The notes under the pieces were generated by a model. It ran no database searches and was not told the DNA's origin. It saw only the letters and a list, made by a program, of their open reading frames with translations. From an uncultured Spirochaetia bacterium (lineage in GTDB: Bacteria; Spirochaetota; UBA4802; UBA5368): a stretch of DNA of 64,000 nucleotides. The DNA is taken from the NCBI GenBank assembly GCA_937877025.1, contig CALEGE010000002.1:41189-105188 (forward strand). The letters are read 5' to 3'. Positions within the stretch are counted from its first letter, which is position 1, and the number at the start of each line of letters is the position of its first letter. The translations under genes and the position numbers were made by a program. Positions 8,401-17,717 of the stretch are shown here, piece by piece.

Positions 8401-9507
8401 TTATTTCAGATTTTTCACAACCGCCTGGAAATGCATGCGCGACATTTTTTGAAGATCCCCGGGGGGTATGTTTTTCAACAGCGAGGGATTATCTATCAGC
8501 TCTTTTTTGCCGTACTCACCGGCAACGAATTTTATATAATTCATCGCCGCAATCCAGTGAGGATTGGTCATGCTGTAATCAAGATAACTGTATAAAACCG
8601 AAAGGCCGAGGTATACATTCGTGTAGATGGTGCAGCTGAGAGCAAGCTCTTCGCCGGTTACCTGATCATAATAATTATAATGATTGTTCAATATTTTGTG
8701 CGTCAGCTCATGTATCTCGAACAGTTTTAAAATCTCATTTTTTATGGATTTTTTGCCGTCAAACGCACGCAAAAGACAATATTTAATATCATCTCCGACA
8801 CGCGCGCCGACAAAAAACATTGAGTCGACATTTTCCCCTCTCAGTATTTTTTTCGCGATGATATAATCATTCTGAACCTCGTCAGGATTAATATATATCA
8901 TATCGAAATAGAACGTGGAATTGCTGGTGGAGAACTCGTCATAATAGATATACGGAATTATATTATATATTTTCTCGTTCACATTGAACAGCGGGTGCGA
9001 GATACTGAGCGGCTTGCGCGAGCCGTAAATACAGTAATCAAGAACGATGCGTTCCGAGCCGGAGCTTTTCTCGCGCGAAAAACGGAGTATTATATTTCTC
9101 TTTTCAAGTGAATCCTGAAGCAAAAGAAGCGTTTTATCGTCAATTTTCTTTGGATGTAAATACACTGTCAGCATCATTTCCGCCAGCCGGTAAAGCAGCG
9201 GATCCCTGATGCCACGCACATATTCCCGGTACTCCCCGATATGGAATCCTTCTTTTTGCATTAAATCGACAGGGATACTGTGCTCTTGAATTATGTTCAC
9301 AAAATGGGGATTTTCATTATAGAGGAGCACGATATAGGCGTAAAGCTTACCGTTTGTTGAACGTATGTTTACATAATTATTCTGATGTTCCAGTCCCGTC
9401 AATTCCTGGCCGCCGTTTTCCGCGTAAAGGATTGCAGGAGCCGGGACGAAAAACGCCATCAGGATTATCAGAATACACATATGCTGCATACAGGAAAGAA
9501 ACTTCAT
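8401..9507 (-). CDS. Secreted hypothetical protein with HEXXH (HELTHK) zinc-metallopeptidase-like motif
   Basis: Hydrophobic signal sequence (CILIILMAFFVPAPAILYA); HELTH motif near the C-terminal third. Confidence 0.55.
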   Translation of the reverse strand: MKFLSCMQHMCILIILMAFFVPAPAILYAENGGQELTGLEHQNNYVNIRSTNGKLYAYIVLLYNENPHFVNIIQEHSIPVDLMQKEGFHIGEYREYVRGIRDPLLYRLAEMMLTVYLHPKKIDDKTLLLLQDSLEKRNIILRFSREKSSGSERIVLDYCIYGSRKPLSISHPLFNVNEKIYNIIPYIYYDEFSTSNSTFYFDMIYINPDEVQNDYIIAKKILRGENVDSMFFVGARVGDDIKYCLLRAFDGKKSIKNEILKLFEIHELTHKILNNHYNYYDQVTGEELALSCTIYTNVYLGLSVLYSYLDYSMTNPHWIAAMNYIKFVAGEYGKKELIDNPSLLKNIPPGDLQKMSRMHFQAVVKNLK

Positions 9508-9709
9508 AGCTTTGCTCTATATATCCTTCTTTTTAGAAAAAGAATTGTATCGCTATGGCCACCGGGGGTACACCAATCACTCACACATCCCGCATCCTCT
9601 ACATATGCGAAGGGCTGCTATTAGCATACATCTATTCTTTTTTACAACTACAATTTATACGCACTCCACTCAAAAAACAACCACCGGAGAAGCCTCGACG
9701 GGAAGACCG

Positions 9710-11662
9710 TTATCTGTTATTTGTAAAGTAGGCGCGCAGCTCATAGACGCCCGCCCCCATGCTGCGTTCAATATCGAATCCTGATTTTTCCAAAAGATGA
9801 ATGACCGGTTTATTCTCTACAAGCACTTCCGCGCTGAAGGCAAACAGGCCGTCGCGTTTGGCAAGGTGCGCCAGGTACGAAAGAAGCTCGGTGCCAATTC
9901 CCTTGTTCTGAAACTCGTCCCTGACGACAAGCGCGACTTCCGCGCTGTGGCTTTTTTCATCGATACTGTACTGCCCCATGCCGGCAACGAACTCTTTTTC
10001 ATCTTTTTCAATAATCACGAGTATGGTTTTCTGCGCCATATAATCGATCACCACGAATTCCTGAAGCCGTTCATGCGGCATATCGGTTCTTCGGGAAATA
10101 AAACGGCGGTATATGCTCCTGTCCGACAACGAGTAGAAAAAATCCTTCATCAGCGGCTCGTCGCTTATCTTCACGGGCCGAAAGAACAATCGCAACCCGG
10201 ACACGGTAGTCCGATGTGTCTCAAGATAATCGGGATATTCGCCTCGCTTCCCCGGCATGAATGCCTGATCTTTATAGATAAGGCCGTTCCTTTTCGCTTC
10301 ATCTATAAGCCATTGCCTGAATTTCGGGTGCGCTATCGCGATGAGGTCCATCGCCCGTTCCCGTATGTTCTTTCCATGGATATACGCAATGCCATACTCT
10401 GTTACGACATACTGGATGTCCCCCCTGTTCAGGGTTGTGCCAGCCCCCTGATCGAGAACGGGAACGATACGGGAAACCGTATCGTTTTCAGCAGTAGATT
10501 TTATCGTAAGTATCGTTTTCCCTCCCTGCGACAGAATCGCACCGCGCATAAAGTCCGCCTGCCCCCCGATACCGCTATAAAACAGCTTTCCAATCGATTC
10601 GGCCGTCGCCTGCCCGGTAAGATCTATCTGCAAGGCCGCATTGATGGCCGTCATATTTTTATTCCTCGCGATGATAAGGGGATTGTTTGTATAATCAATC
10701 GTCCGGAACGATATGCTGGGATTGTCATGAAGAAATTCATATGTCGGCTTCTTGCCCATACAGAATGTCGCAACCGTTTTCCCCCTGTCGATAGTCTTTT
10801 TACTGTTGTCAACGGCGCCGCATTTAATCAGATCGGCAATTCCGTCTGAAAGCAATTCAGTATGAACCCCCAGATTGCGCTTTTCACAAAGATTTGTAAG
10901 GATTGCGTTGGGGAGCGCGCCATATCCCACCTGGATCGTATCGCCATCCTGAACTATTTTCGCGACAAATTTCCCGATGCGTTCAGAAATATCATCGGGC
11001 ACCTCTGTCGAGAATTCTATCACCGGCTCGTCATACTGAACGATGAAATCGACATCCTCCACGCTGATAAATGTATCGCCGTGTATTCTCGGCATATGGC
11101 GGTTCACCTGCGCAACAATCATCCCGGCGTTTTCAACCGCGGCCTTGACGATATCGAGAGAAATCCCGAGACTCAGAAGACCGTTGTGGTCCGGCGCTGA
11201 TGTCTGTATCAGCGCAACATCAATTTCAACAATACCGCGTTGGAAAAGCCGCGGGACGGCGGAAAGAAAAACCGGCGTGTAATCCGCCAGCCCCTGGTTA
11301 ACCGCATCGCGCGTATTGCTGCCGATAAAAAAAGAATTGTGGCGGAAGTTCGGCTTGAATTTTTCGTCCGTATACGGAGCCACCCCCAGCGTCCAGACAT
11401 GGATCACCTCCGCGTCAAAAAACGCCTTCGGATACGATGTGACGTACTCGATGAGGGACTTTATAAGAAACTGCGGTTCGCCACAGGCCGTGGAAATAAA
11501 AATTCTGGAGCCGCGGCGTATCTGGTTGAATATTTTGTCGAGAGAAACAAATTTCTCAGGATAATTCTTCCTGAGCTCTTTCATTATCACATCATAGTCA
11601 TTCAGCCTGTACATGGCATCGTGCCGTCCGCAGGGAATTGCTACACGCGCATCGCGGCGCAT
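9710..11662 (-). CDS. Acetyl-CoA hydrolase/transferase family domain fused to C-terminal GNAT acetyltransferase domain
   Basis: N-terminal 430 aa match the 4-hydroxybutyrate/acetyl-CoA transferase fold (ISTACGEPQ, GIGGQADF). C-terminal 180 aa are GNAT-like (VALVVRDEFQNKGIGTELL). An alternative start at 11614 (MYRLND) is possible. Confidence 0.8.
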   Translation of the reverse strand: MRRDARVAIPCGRHDAMYRLNDYDVIMKELRKNYPEKFVSLDKIFNQIRRGSRIFISTACGEPQFLIKSLIEYVTSYPKAFFDAEVIHVWTLGVAPYTDEKFKPNFRHNSFFIGSNTRDAVNQGLADYTPVFLSAVPRLFQRGIVEIDVALIQTSAPDHNGLLSLGISLDIVKAAVENAGMIVAQVNRHMPRIHGDTFISVEDVDFIVQYDEPVIEFSTEVPDDISERIGKFVAKIVQDGDTIQVGYGALPNAILTNLCEKRNLGVHTELLSDGIADLIKCGAVDNSKKTIDRGKTVATFCMGKKPTYEFLHDNPSISFRTIDYTNNPLIIARNKNMTAINAALQIDLTGQATAESIGKLFYSGIGGQADFMRGAILSQGGKTILTIKSTAENDTVSRIVPVLDQGAGTTLNRGDIQYVVTEYGIAYIHGKNIRERAMDLIAIAHPKFRQWLIDEAKRNGLIYKDQAFMPGKRGEYPDYLETHRTTVSGLRLFFRPVKISDEPLMKDFFYSLSDRSIYRRFISRRTDMPHERLQEFVVIDYMAQKTILVIIEKDEKEFVAGMGQYSIDEKSHSAEVALVVRDEFQNKGIGTELLSYLAHLAKRDGLFAFSAEVLVENKPVIHLLEKSGFDIERSMGAGVYELRAYFTNNR

Positions 11663-11803
11663 ACATAGCGTTATCTATAGTATTTCATACAACCCCACGC
11701 AAGTCAAACAAAATCGGATGTTTTACCAATTCTGAGATATGCCGACATTATGTAACAAATGACACCGCGAGAGGTTTATGTCGGCCGGCGGCATCTCGCG
11801 GCG

Positions 11804-12970
11804 TTATATGCTGTATGCCTTCTTTCCGTCAATAAACGTCATTGTGACACGCGAATAGAATTCTGTCGGATCGCCGCTCCACATCACAAGATCGGCGTCT
11901 TTCCCCGGCTCCAGGGTGCCGACCCTCTCATCGATCCCCAGCACCCTTGCGGGCTGTACAGTAACCGCGCGAAGAGCTGTCGCACGGTCCAGGCCCTCTT
12001 TTATCGCCATGCAGACAATCGCCTGAAAATACGGCAGCGGCGGCAATGTGTCCGATTGCAGGCAAATATCGACGCCCGCGCCGGCAAGAATACCCGGCGT
12101 TTTAAAACTGATCTCGCGAAGCTCGACCTTTTCCCTTCCGACAAACGACGGACCGACGACCGCGGGCACCTTTTTCGATGCAATATGGTCGGCTATTGCA
12201 TGGCCCTCTGTCGCGTGTACAAGAACAAGCCTGAGGTTAAATTCTTCCGCCAGCCGGATTGCGGTTATAATATCGTCGGCCCTGTGGCAGTGCGCATGTA
12301 CGGGAAACTCCCCCCTCAGTGCGCGCGCCAGCACATCGAGCTTAATGTCGAAATCTGGAATTTTCGCGTCGTCCCCACTGGCAGTCTCGGATTTTGCCTT
12401 TTCAATCTTTTTCTGGTAATCAGACGCCTTGTAAAACCACTCCCGGATCAGGGCGGCAATCGCCATCCTCGTCTGCGGCGCCTTTTCGTTTTTCCCGTAT
12501 ACCGATTTTGGATTTTCTCCAAACGCAATTTTAAGGCACGATGGATTTTTAACGATCATTTTCTCGACAATATCGCCGGAGGTTTTAATCGCGCAGAAAA
12601 GCCCGCCAAACACATTGGCGCTCCCCGGCCCCGTGTTAATTACGGTAACACCGCCAGATGCCGCTTCCCGTATGCCGGGATCCGCCGGATTGATCGCATC
12701 TATCGCTCGCAGGTGCGGCGTTACCGGATCGGTCATTTCATTGCCGTCCATACCGGCCCAGCCGATATCGCCCTGAAACAAGCCCTGGTGTGTATGGGCG
12801 TCGATAAAGCCCGGCGTTATGACGGCGCCCTCACAATCATAGCGCTCTTCGGCATCGTCATCTATCGGTCCCGGAGCAACCCTGACGATCTTCGAGCCCT
12901 CCACGGCAATACTACCCCTGAACGGTTCCTGTGTCATCGTATGGATATATGCGTTACTGAAAATAATCAT
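11804..12970 (-). CDS. Amidohydrolase family metal-dependent hydrolase
   Basis: PGFIDAHTH metal-binding motif, TIM-barrel hydrolase pattern (HAHCH, DTLPP). Confidence 0.8.
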   Translation of the reverse strand: MIIFSNAYIHTMTQEPFRGSIAVEGSKIVRVAPGPIDDDAEERYDCEGAVITPGFIDAHTHQGLFQGDIGWAGMDGNEMTDPVTPHLRAIDAINPADPGIREAASGGVTVINTGPGSANVFGGLFCAIKTSGDIVEKMIVKNPSCLKIAFGENPKSVYGKNEKAPQTRMAIAALIREWFYKASDYQKKIEKAKSETASGDDAKIPDFDIKLDVLARALRGEFPVHAHCHRADDIITAIRLAEEFNLRLVLVHATEGHAIADHIASKKVPAVVGPSFVGREKVELREISFKTPGILAGAGVDICLQSDTLPPLPYFQAIVCMAIKEGLDRATALRAVTVQPARVLGIDERVGTLEPGKDADLVMWSGDPTEFYSRVTMTFIDGKKAYSI

Positions 12971-13707
12971 CTCTTTGAAAAAGCCTCCTGCATTATCGCA
13001 TTGATCATCTCCCGGCGCGATGCATCCTTCAAAATAGTCGTCGTATCGTATGAAATGGCGGTAACGCGGGAGTCTCCTATGAAGACCTCAATGACGATCT
13101 CTTTTTTGTTCTTCCGCCTGCAATATCCGGTGGCGCAAAACCTGCACTGAGACACGACGATTTTCCCATCATAATTCGCCTGAACAGACCCGCTTCCAAT
13201 CTTTCGGCTGGCCGCATCCGCCAGTTCGTCAAAAAATTTTTTCATGTAGCCGTCAAGGTGGTCATCGGAAAACTGCGCCGAATACTGCAAAAGAAGTACG
13301 GCATCCCCTTTCTGTATCGTGTTCTCTACAGACGAGATCGCCTCACCGTACGGCGTTTTTCCGTCAAGGGTGATGGTTCTTTCTCTCCCGTCCGCATATA
13401 CATAGCGCCGGCTGCCATCCGGATCAATTGTGATCGCTGTGCCATCAGGCGTGTGTATCTCGCGCTTCCCATCCTGGTATCTGACAATCACCGTACCATC
13501 CGCAAAGACGGCTTTTTCACGGTCAGAAAATTTTGTGATAATGGTGCCGTCAGGTTTATGGTACTCTTCAGAAGTTTCATTTTTCGACTTTAGCACCGCG
13601 CCGGTATAATCAAACGTCGTCTGATATTGCCCATAGGCATTCTGAATGCCGCTCACGCCAATAACCGCGACAATCGCAAGGAACCGCATGTGCTTCATCA
13701 TCGACAT
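12967..13707 (-). CDS. Secreted hypothetical protein with tandem DGT/DGK beta-repeats (TCP10_C/G-box-like)
   Basis: Signal peptide; repeated xPDGTxIxxxxDGxx units about 11 aa long. Confidence 0.5.
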   Translation of the reverse strand: MSMMKHMRFLAIVAVIGVSGIQNAYGQYQTTFDYTGAVLKSKNETSEEYHKPDGTIITKFSDREKAVFADGTVIVRYQDGKREIHTPDGTAITIDPDGSRRYVYADGRERTITLDGKTPYGEAISSVENTIQKGDAVLLLQYSAQFSDDHLDGYMKKFFDELADAASRKIGSGSVQANYDGKIVVSQCRFCATGYCRRKNKKEIVIEVFIGDSRVTAISYDTTTILKDASRREMINAIMQEAFSKR

Positions 13708-13776
13708 GATTCACCTCTCGTATGCTAATCCATATACAGCATTCATCCGTGCCTTCTTCCGGCGGAGCGGATTGTT

Positions 13777-15030
13777 TTACGCAAAATACTTCAGCGCCCT
13801 GTGGCCGATGTCCTTGCGGAAATACATCCCTTCAAATGAGATTTTTTTCACCGCTTCGTATGCCTTTTCCTTCGCTTCGTAAAATGTCGCCCCGGTGGCC
13901 GTCACGTTCAAAACACGTCCGCCCGATGTATATACCGCCCCATCTTTCTGTTCCGTCCCCGCGTGGAACAAAAGTACATCGTCCGCCATAGTACCAGGAA
14001 TATGTATCCGCTTCCCTTTCTCGTAATTACCCGGATATCCGCCGGAGGCGAGCACAACTGTGACAGCATACCTGTCATCAAATTCTATCGTCTGGCCCTT
14101 CAGTGTCCCTGAAACCGATCCCTGAAAAAGATCGCCCAGCCTGTTTTTCAATAGCGGCAATATAACCTGCGTCTCAGGGTCGCCGAAGCGGGCGTTGAAT
14201 TCCAGCACCCGAATCGAGTCGCCGCTGATGATCAATCCGGCGTATAAAATTCCTTTGAATGGAATGCCTTCCTTCTTCATGCCGCGAACAGCCGGCGCAA
14301 GAACCTCATCAAGCACCCTCTGCATTTTACGCCGGTCCATGATGGGCGCCGGCGCATATGCCCCCATCCCGCCGGTGTTCAGCCCCCTGTCGCCGTCATA
14401 AATCCTTTTATGGTCCTGCGCCGCCACAAGAGGAAGGACCGTATCCCCGTCGGATATCCCGAGCACGGAAGCCTCCTCCCCTTCGAGAAATTCCTCAACA
14501 AAGACGCGCATGTCGCCTTTCACCATGTCGTCAATGAATTGCATGGCCTCGCGTCTGTTTTCGGGAATACCGACGCCCTTTCCGGCGGCAAGGCCATCCA
14601 GCTTGATGACTATCGGATATGTGTCGCACGTCGTTATGTACTCGACAAGATCCGCGCGCCGGGAAAATTCCCTGTAGTCGCCGGTCGGAATGCCGTAGTT
14701 TTTCATTATCTGCTTGGCAAAGATTTTACTGCCCTCGATCATTGCGGCTTTTTTCGTCGGCCCGAACGCGGGAATCCGCTGACCGTCAAGATAGTCCACA
14801 AGACCCGCCACGAGCGGGATCTCCGGCCCCACAACCACCATGTCTATTTTTTTTTTGGTGCAGAAATCGGATATTTCCTTAAAGTCACCGGCGTGTATGT
14901 TCCGCCTGTACGTATCCTCGATGCCGCCATTTCCCGGAAGGACGTACACCTCATCGGCGCTCCCGTCGTACATCAGGCGCCAGGCGATCGCATGCTCTCT
15001 TCCGCCAGAACCAATAATACAATATTTCAT
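13777..15030 (-). CDS. purD: Phosphoribosylamine--glycine ligase
   Basis: MKYCIIGSGGREHAIAWRL start and ATP-grasp motifs throughout. Confidence 0.92.
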   Translation of the reverse strand: MKYCIIGSGGREHAIAWRLMYDGSADEVYVLPGNGGIEDTYRRNIHAGDFKEISDFCTKKKIDMVVVGPEIPLVAGLVDYLDGQRIPAFGPTKKAAMIEGSKIFAKQIMKNYGIPTGDYREFSRRADLVEYITTCDTYPIVIKLDGLAAGKGVGIPENRREAMQFIDDMVKGDMRVFVEEFLEGEEASVLGISDGDTVLPLVAAQDHKRIYDGDRGLNTGGMGAYAPAPIMDRRKMQRVLDEVLAPAVRGMKKEGIPFKGILYAGLIISGDSIRVLEFNARFGDPETQVILPLLKNRLGDLFQGSVSGTLKGQTIEFDDRYAVTVVLASGGYPGNYEKGKRIHIPGTMADDVLLFHAGTEQKDGAVYTSGGRVLNVTATGATFYEAKEKAYEAVKKISFEGMYFRKDIGHRALKYFA

Positions 15031-15129
15031 AGTACCTCACTGAATGCATATAACCGCGGCAGACCTCCGCCGTGCGGAACAGCCGCATACGTCATGATTA
15101 TAATTAATCATGCAAACGAAAAGCAATTT

Positions 15130-16653
15130 TCAAGCGATTTTTGATCCGCGGAAGATGAAGAGTGTCCGACCGATTTTTATTTCATCCCAGTCGTACAGCG
15201 GTTTCGGCCTGAGGAGTTTTTTCCCGTTCAGATATGTACCATTATCGGATGCGAGATCGAAGAGGTAGCACGCGCCACGGATGTCTTTGATCTTGGCGTG
15301 TTTTTGTGAAACAGCGTCATCCTTCACCACTATGGCGTTTTCTTCGTCCCTCCCCATAAATAATTCCTCCCAGTAGATCGGGAACTTTCTGCCGGCCTCG
15401 GGGCCGTCTTTCTGAACCAGCCACGCCTTCGCATACACGTATTCTGGATCCTGCGGCGTAATGAGGCGCGCATGCTGTTTTTTCTCGCGTTCATCCCGGC
15501 GTATCGCCCGGATATACTCGGAAGTGAGATTCTGTACCGCCGGCGCTATTTCCGGCACGGGCGGCATCTTCGCCGCAGCAACCGCCCTGCTTCTGCGGAT
15601 AAGCACCACACAGCACGCCGCCGACAATCCCAGGAGGACGATGAGGACAGCGGCGACGAGAATCTGATAAAGGGGAGAGAATTCAAAATATTTCATCTTT
15701 TTTTCGGCTTTAAACCCGCTGACCGCCCTGTCTCGGATTCCATCATACTTCAACCGCAGTTCGACCGTATGATCCGCATTATCCGGCGTGATCGAAGAGC
15801 GGTACTGCACGACACGTTTCGTGTGGAGCATTCCCCGTATAAACGCGTACATCCCCGCGATATCGTCAGTCGATGAGCTGCATACCAGTTTGCCGCCCGT
15901 CAGCTCCGCGATCCGAGCAATCATTTGTATGCGTTTAGATTTAAGGCTGACGAAGTAGACGGGAATGCTTTTTTCCTTCGCGAACTGAATTACGTCATCC
16001 GCGCTGACACCGCTTCCCTCGTCAATTCCGTCGGTAAAAACAATCACCGCCCTGCGGTCAGTGTCGACCTGACTCAGCAGATCAATCGAATCGTAAATCG
16101 ACGCATAGAGCTTTGTCTTTGAGCCGTGACGATTGATGCCCTCCAGGCTTTTCGCAAGTTCGGAGCGGTTCGACGTAAACGCATTCAACATCCGCACATC
16201 GTCATTGAACCTGTAGATCGCAAACATGTCATCCGCATCCGCGTGCTGCACAATATCCTTGGCCGCTTTCTTCAACTGCGCAAGCCCCTTGGGGCTGACA
16301 CTCTTGCTGGAGTCCACCGAATAGACAAAGTAAATATATTCTTTCATCCCCTGCGGCGGCTGTATACGAAGATAGTTTACCCTGAAGCCGTCTTCATAGA
16401 GGACGATGCTGCTTTCATCAATATCCGGCAGCGGCGCGTTATCGACACCGCGAACGGTTATGAAAAGATCAATAAGCGGGAAGCGGGACGTGCTGTCGAT
16501 AGAATCGATTGTAATAAAGGGGCCCGCAGCGACAGGCGCCGCCATCGCCAGGAGGAGAGCAAAGCCCGCGACACAGCGTATCATCCGATTGATTATTGTA
16601 TTTCGTTCCACCATACAGTCTGTTTGCATACCGAACAGGATATATACACCCAC
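15130..16653 (-). CDS. vWA domain - transmembrane helix - FHA domain protein
   Basis: Signal peptide (probable true start near 16584, MIRCVAGFALLLAMAAPVAA), vWA/MIDAS-like region (VIVFTDGIDEGSG), one TM helix (ILVAAVLIVLLGLSAACCVVLI), C-terminal FHA (GRDEENAIVVKDDAVSQKHAKI...SDNGTYLNG). Confidence 0.75.
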   Translation of the reverse strand: MGVYILFGMQTDCMVERNTIINRMIRCVAGFALLLAMAAPVAAGPFITIDSIDSTSRFPLIDLFITVRGVDNAPLPDIDESSIVLYEDGFRVNYLRIQPPQGMKEYIYFVYSVDSSKSVSPKGLAQLKKAAKDIVQHADADDMFAIYRFNDDVRMLNAFTSNRSELAKSLEGINRHGSKTKLYASIYDSIDLLSQVDTDRRAVIVFTDGIDEGSGVSADDVIQFAKEKSIPVYFVSLKSKRIQMIARIAELTGGKLVCSSSTDDIAGMYAFIRGMLHTKRVVQYRSSITPDNADHTVELRLKYDGIRDRAVSGFKAEKKMKYFEFSPLYQILVAAVLIVLLGLSAACCVVLIRRSRAVAAAKMPPVPEIAPAVQNLTSEYIRAIRRDEREKKQHARLITPQDPEYVYAKAWLVQKDGPEAGRKFPIYWEELFMGRDEENAIVVKDDAVSQKHAKIKDIRGACYLFDLASDNGTYLNGKKLLRPKPLYDWDEIKIGRTLFIFRGSKIA

Positions 16654-16728
16654 TACACCTATCGGTTCTTTCTATTTTTTTATGTATGATTTTTCAACTA
16701 GCCGCGGATTGCGAAAAATCCGATACCG

Positions 16729-17217
16729 TTACCTGCCGCCGCAATCGCTGACATCGCCCTGTAAAAGTTCAACCGCGTGGGGCAGCGCCTTTTCAATGAA
16801 AGAAAGATTCTCCCGTACGCCTTTCGGGCTGCCGGGAAGGTTGATTATAATACTCCGCTTCCGTATGCCCGACACGGCACGAGACAGCATCGCGTGAGGG
16901 GTGATCTCCAGCGACTTCTGCCGCATCGCTTCGGCGAATCCCGGCGCGATGCGCTCGACAACCCTCATCGTCGCATCGGGGGTAACATCGCGCGGCGCGA
17001 AACCAGTTCCGCCGGTTGTCAGTATGAGATGGATGCCTCTATCCGAGTACTCGACCAGCTTTCCAGCAATTGCGTCAATCTCATCAGGGACTATCGATTC
17101 ATCGGTTACCGAATAGCCCTTCTCCTGCGCCCATCTGCGAATTTCAGGCCCGGAAAGATCATCCCTCTGGCCCTTCGACGAGCGGTCGCTTACTGTGATA
17201 ATCCCAACGCTGATCAT
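16729..17217 (-). CDS. Molybdenum cofactor biosynthesis protein MogA/MoaB
   Basis: GIITVSDR...LILTTGGTGFAPRDVTPDAT, the MoaB/MogA signature. A start at 17241 is an alternative. Confidence 0.8.
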   Translation of the reverse strand: MISVGIITVSDRSSKGQRDDLSGPEIRRWAQEKGYSVTDESIVPDEIDAIAGKLVEYSDRGIHLILTTGGTGFAPRDVTPDATMRVVERIAPGFAEAMRQKSLEITPHAMLSRAVSGIRKRSIIINLPGSPKGVRENLSFIEKALPHAVELLQGDVSDCGGR

Positions 17218-17227
17218 GCCACCCTCC

Positions 17228-17575
17228 TCAATCGACTTCAATACTGATTATTTTAAATTCGCGCCCCGTCACGATCTCGATATCGGCAGAATCACAATCC
17301 GGACAGAAGAACTGCCAGCTATCCCGTGTCATCGTGAATTCCCGCCGACACACGCGGCATCGAAGCACGGCGGGAACCTTCGCGATTGTCAGCTCGGCCC
17401 TGTCGGCGATAGTATCCCTGCTGACAAAATCAAAATACGTCTGCATCCAGTCGGGCAGCAGATCAGACAGCTCTCCGACTTCGAGGTTTATTCTGGAAAT
17501 CCGCTTCGCGTGTGCCCGTGCCGCATGATCAAGCACGATATCCAGTATGTTTCCCATTATCGATAATTCATGCAT
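17228..17575 (-). CDS. hypA: Hydrogenase/urease nickel incorporation protein HypA
   Basis: MHELSIMGNILD N-terminus with the conserved MHE nickel site; zinc ribbon CRVC...CPDC. Confidence 0.8.
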   Translation of the reverse strand: MHELSIMGNILDIVLDHAARAHAKRISRINLEVGELSDLLPDWMQTYFDFVSRDTIADRAELTIAKVPAVLRCRVCRREFTMTRDSWQFFCPDCDSADIEIVTGREFKIISIEVD

Positions 17576-17717
17576 TGACATCACCCCAGCAACCGCCGGA
17601 TACGCTCGCCTCCGAGCGTTTCGGCGCATATTACGTATAAATAAAGCGGTACTTTGAAACTTTTACTAAATCTTTTTCCATCGGTATCTCGATACTAAAG
17701 GAAGATGCAATGATTAT

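Noticed and set aside
9797-10849. 350-aa + strand ORF
   Set aside because: It lies antisense to the CoA-transferase/GNAT gene, which has strong homology signal; no independent evidence.
11759-13150. 463-aa + strand ORF
   Set aside because: It lies antisense to the amidohydrolase gene, which has clear catalytic motifs. It is Arg/Pro-rich, has no RBS, and its start is inside the neighbouring gene. A GC-rich antisense open frame.
14410-15144. 244-aa + strand ORF
   Set aside because: Antisense to purD.
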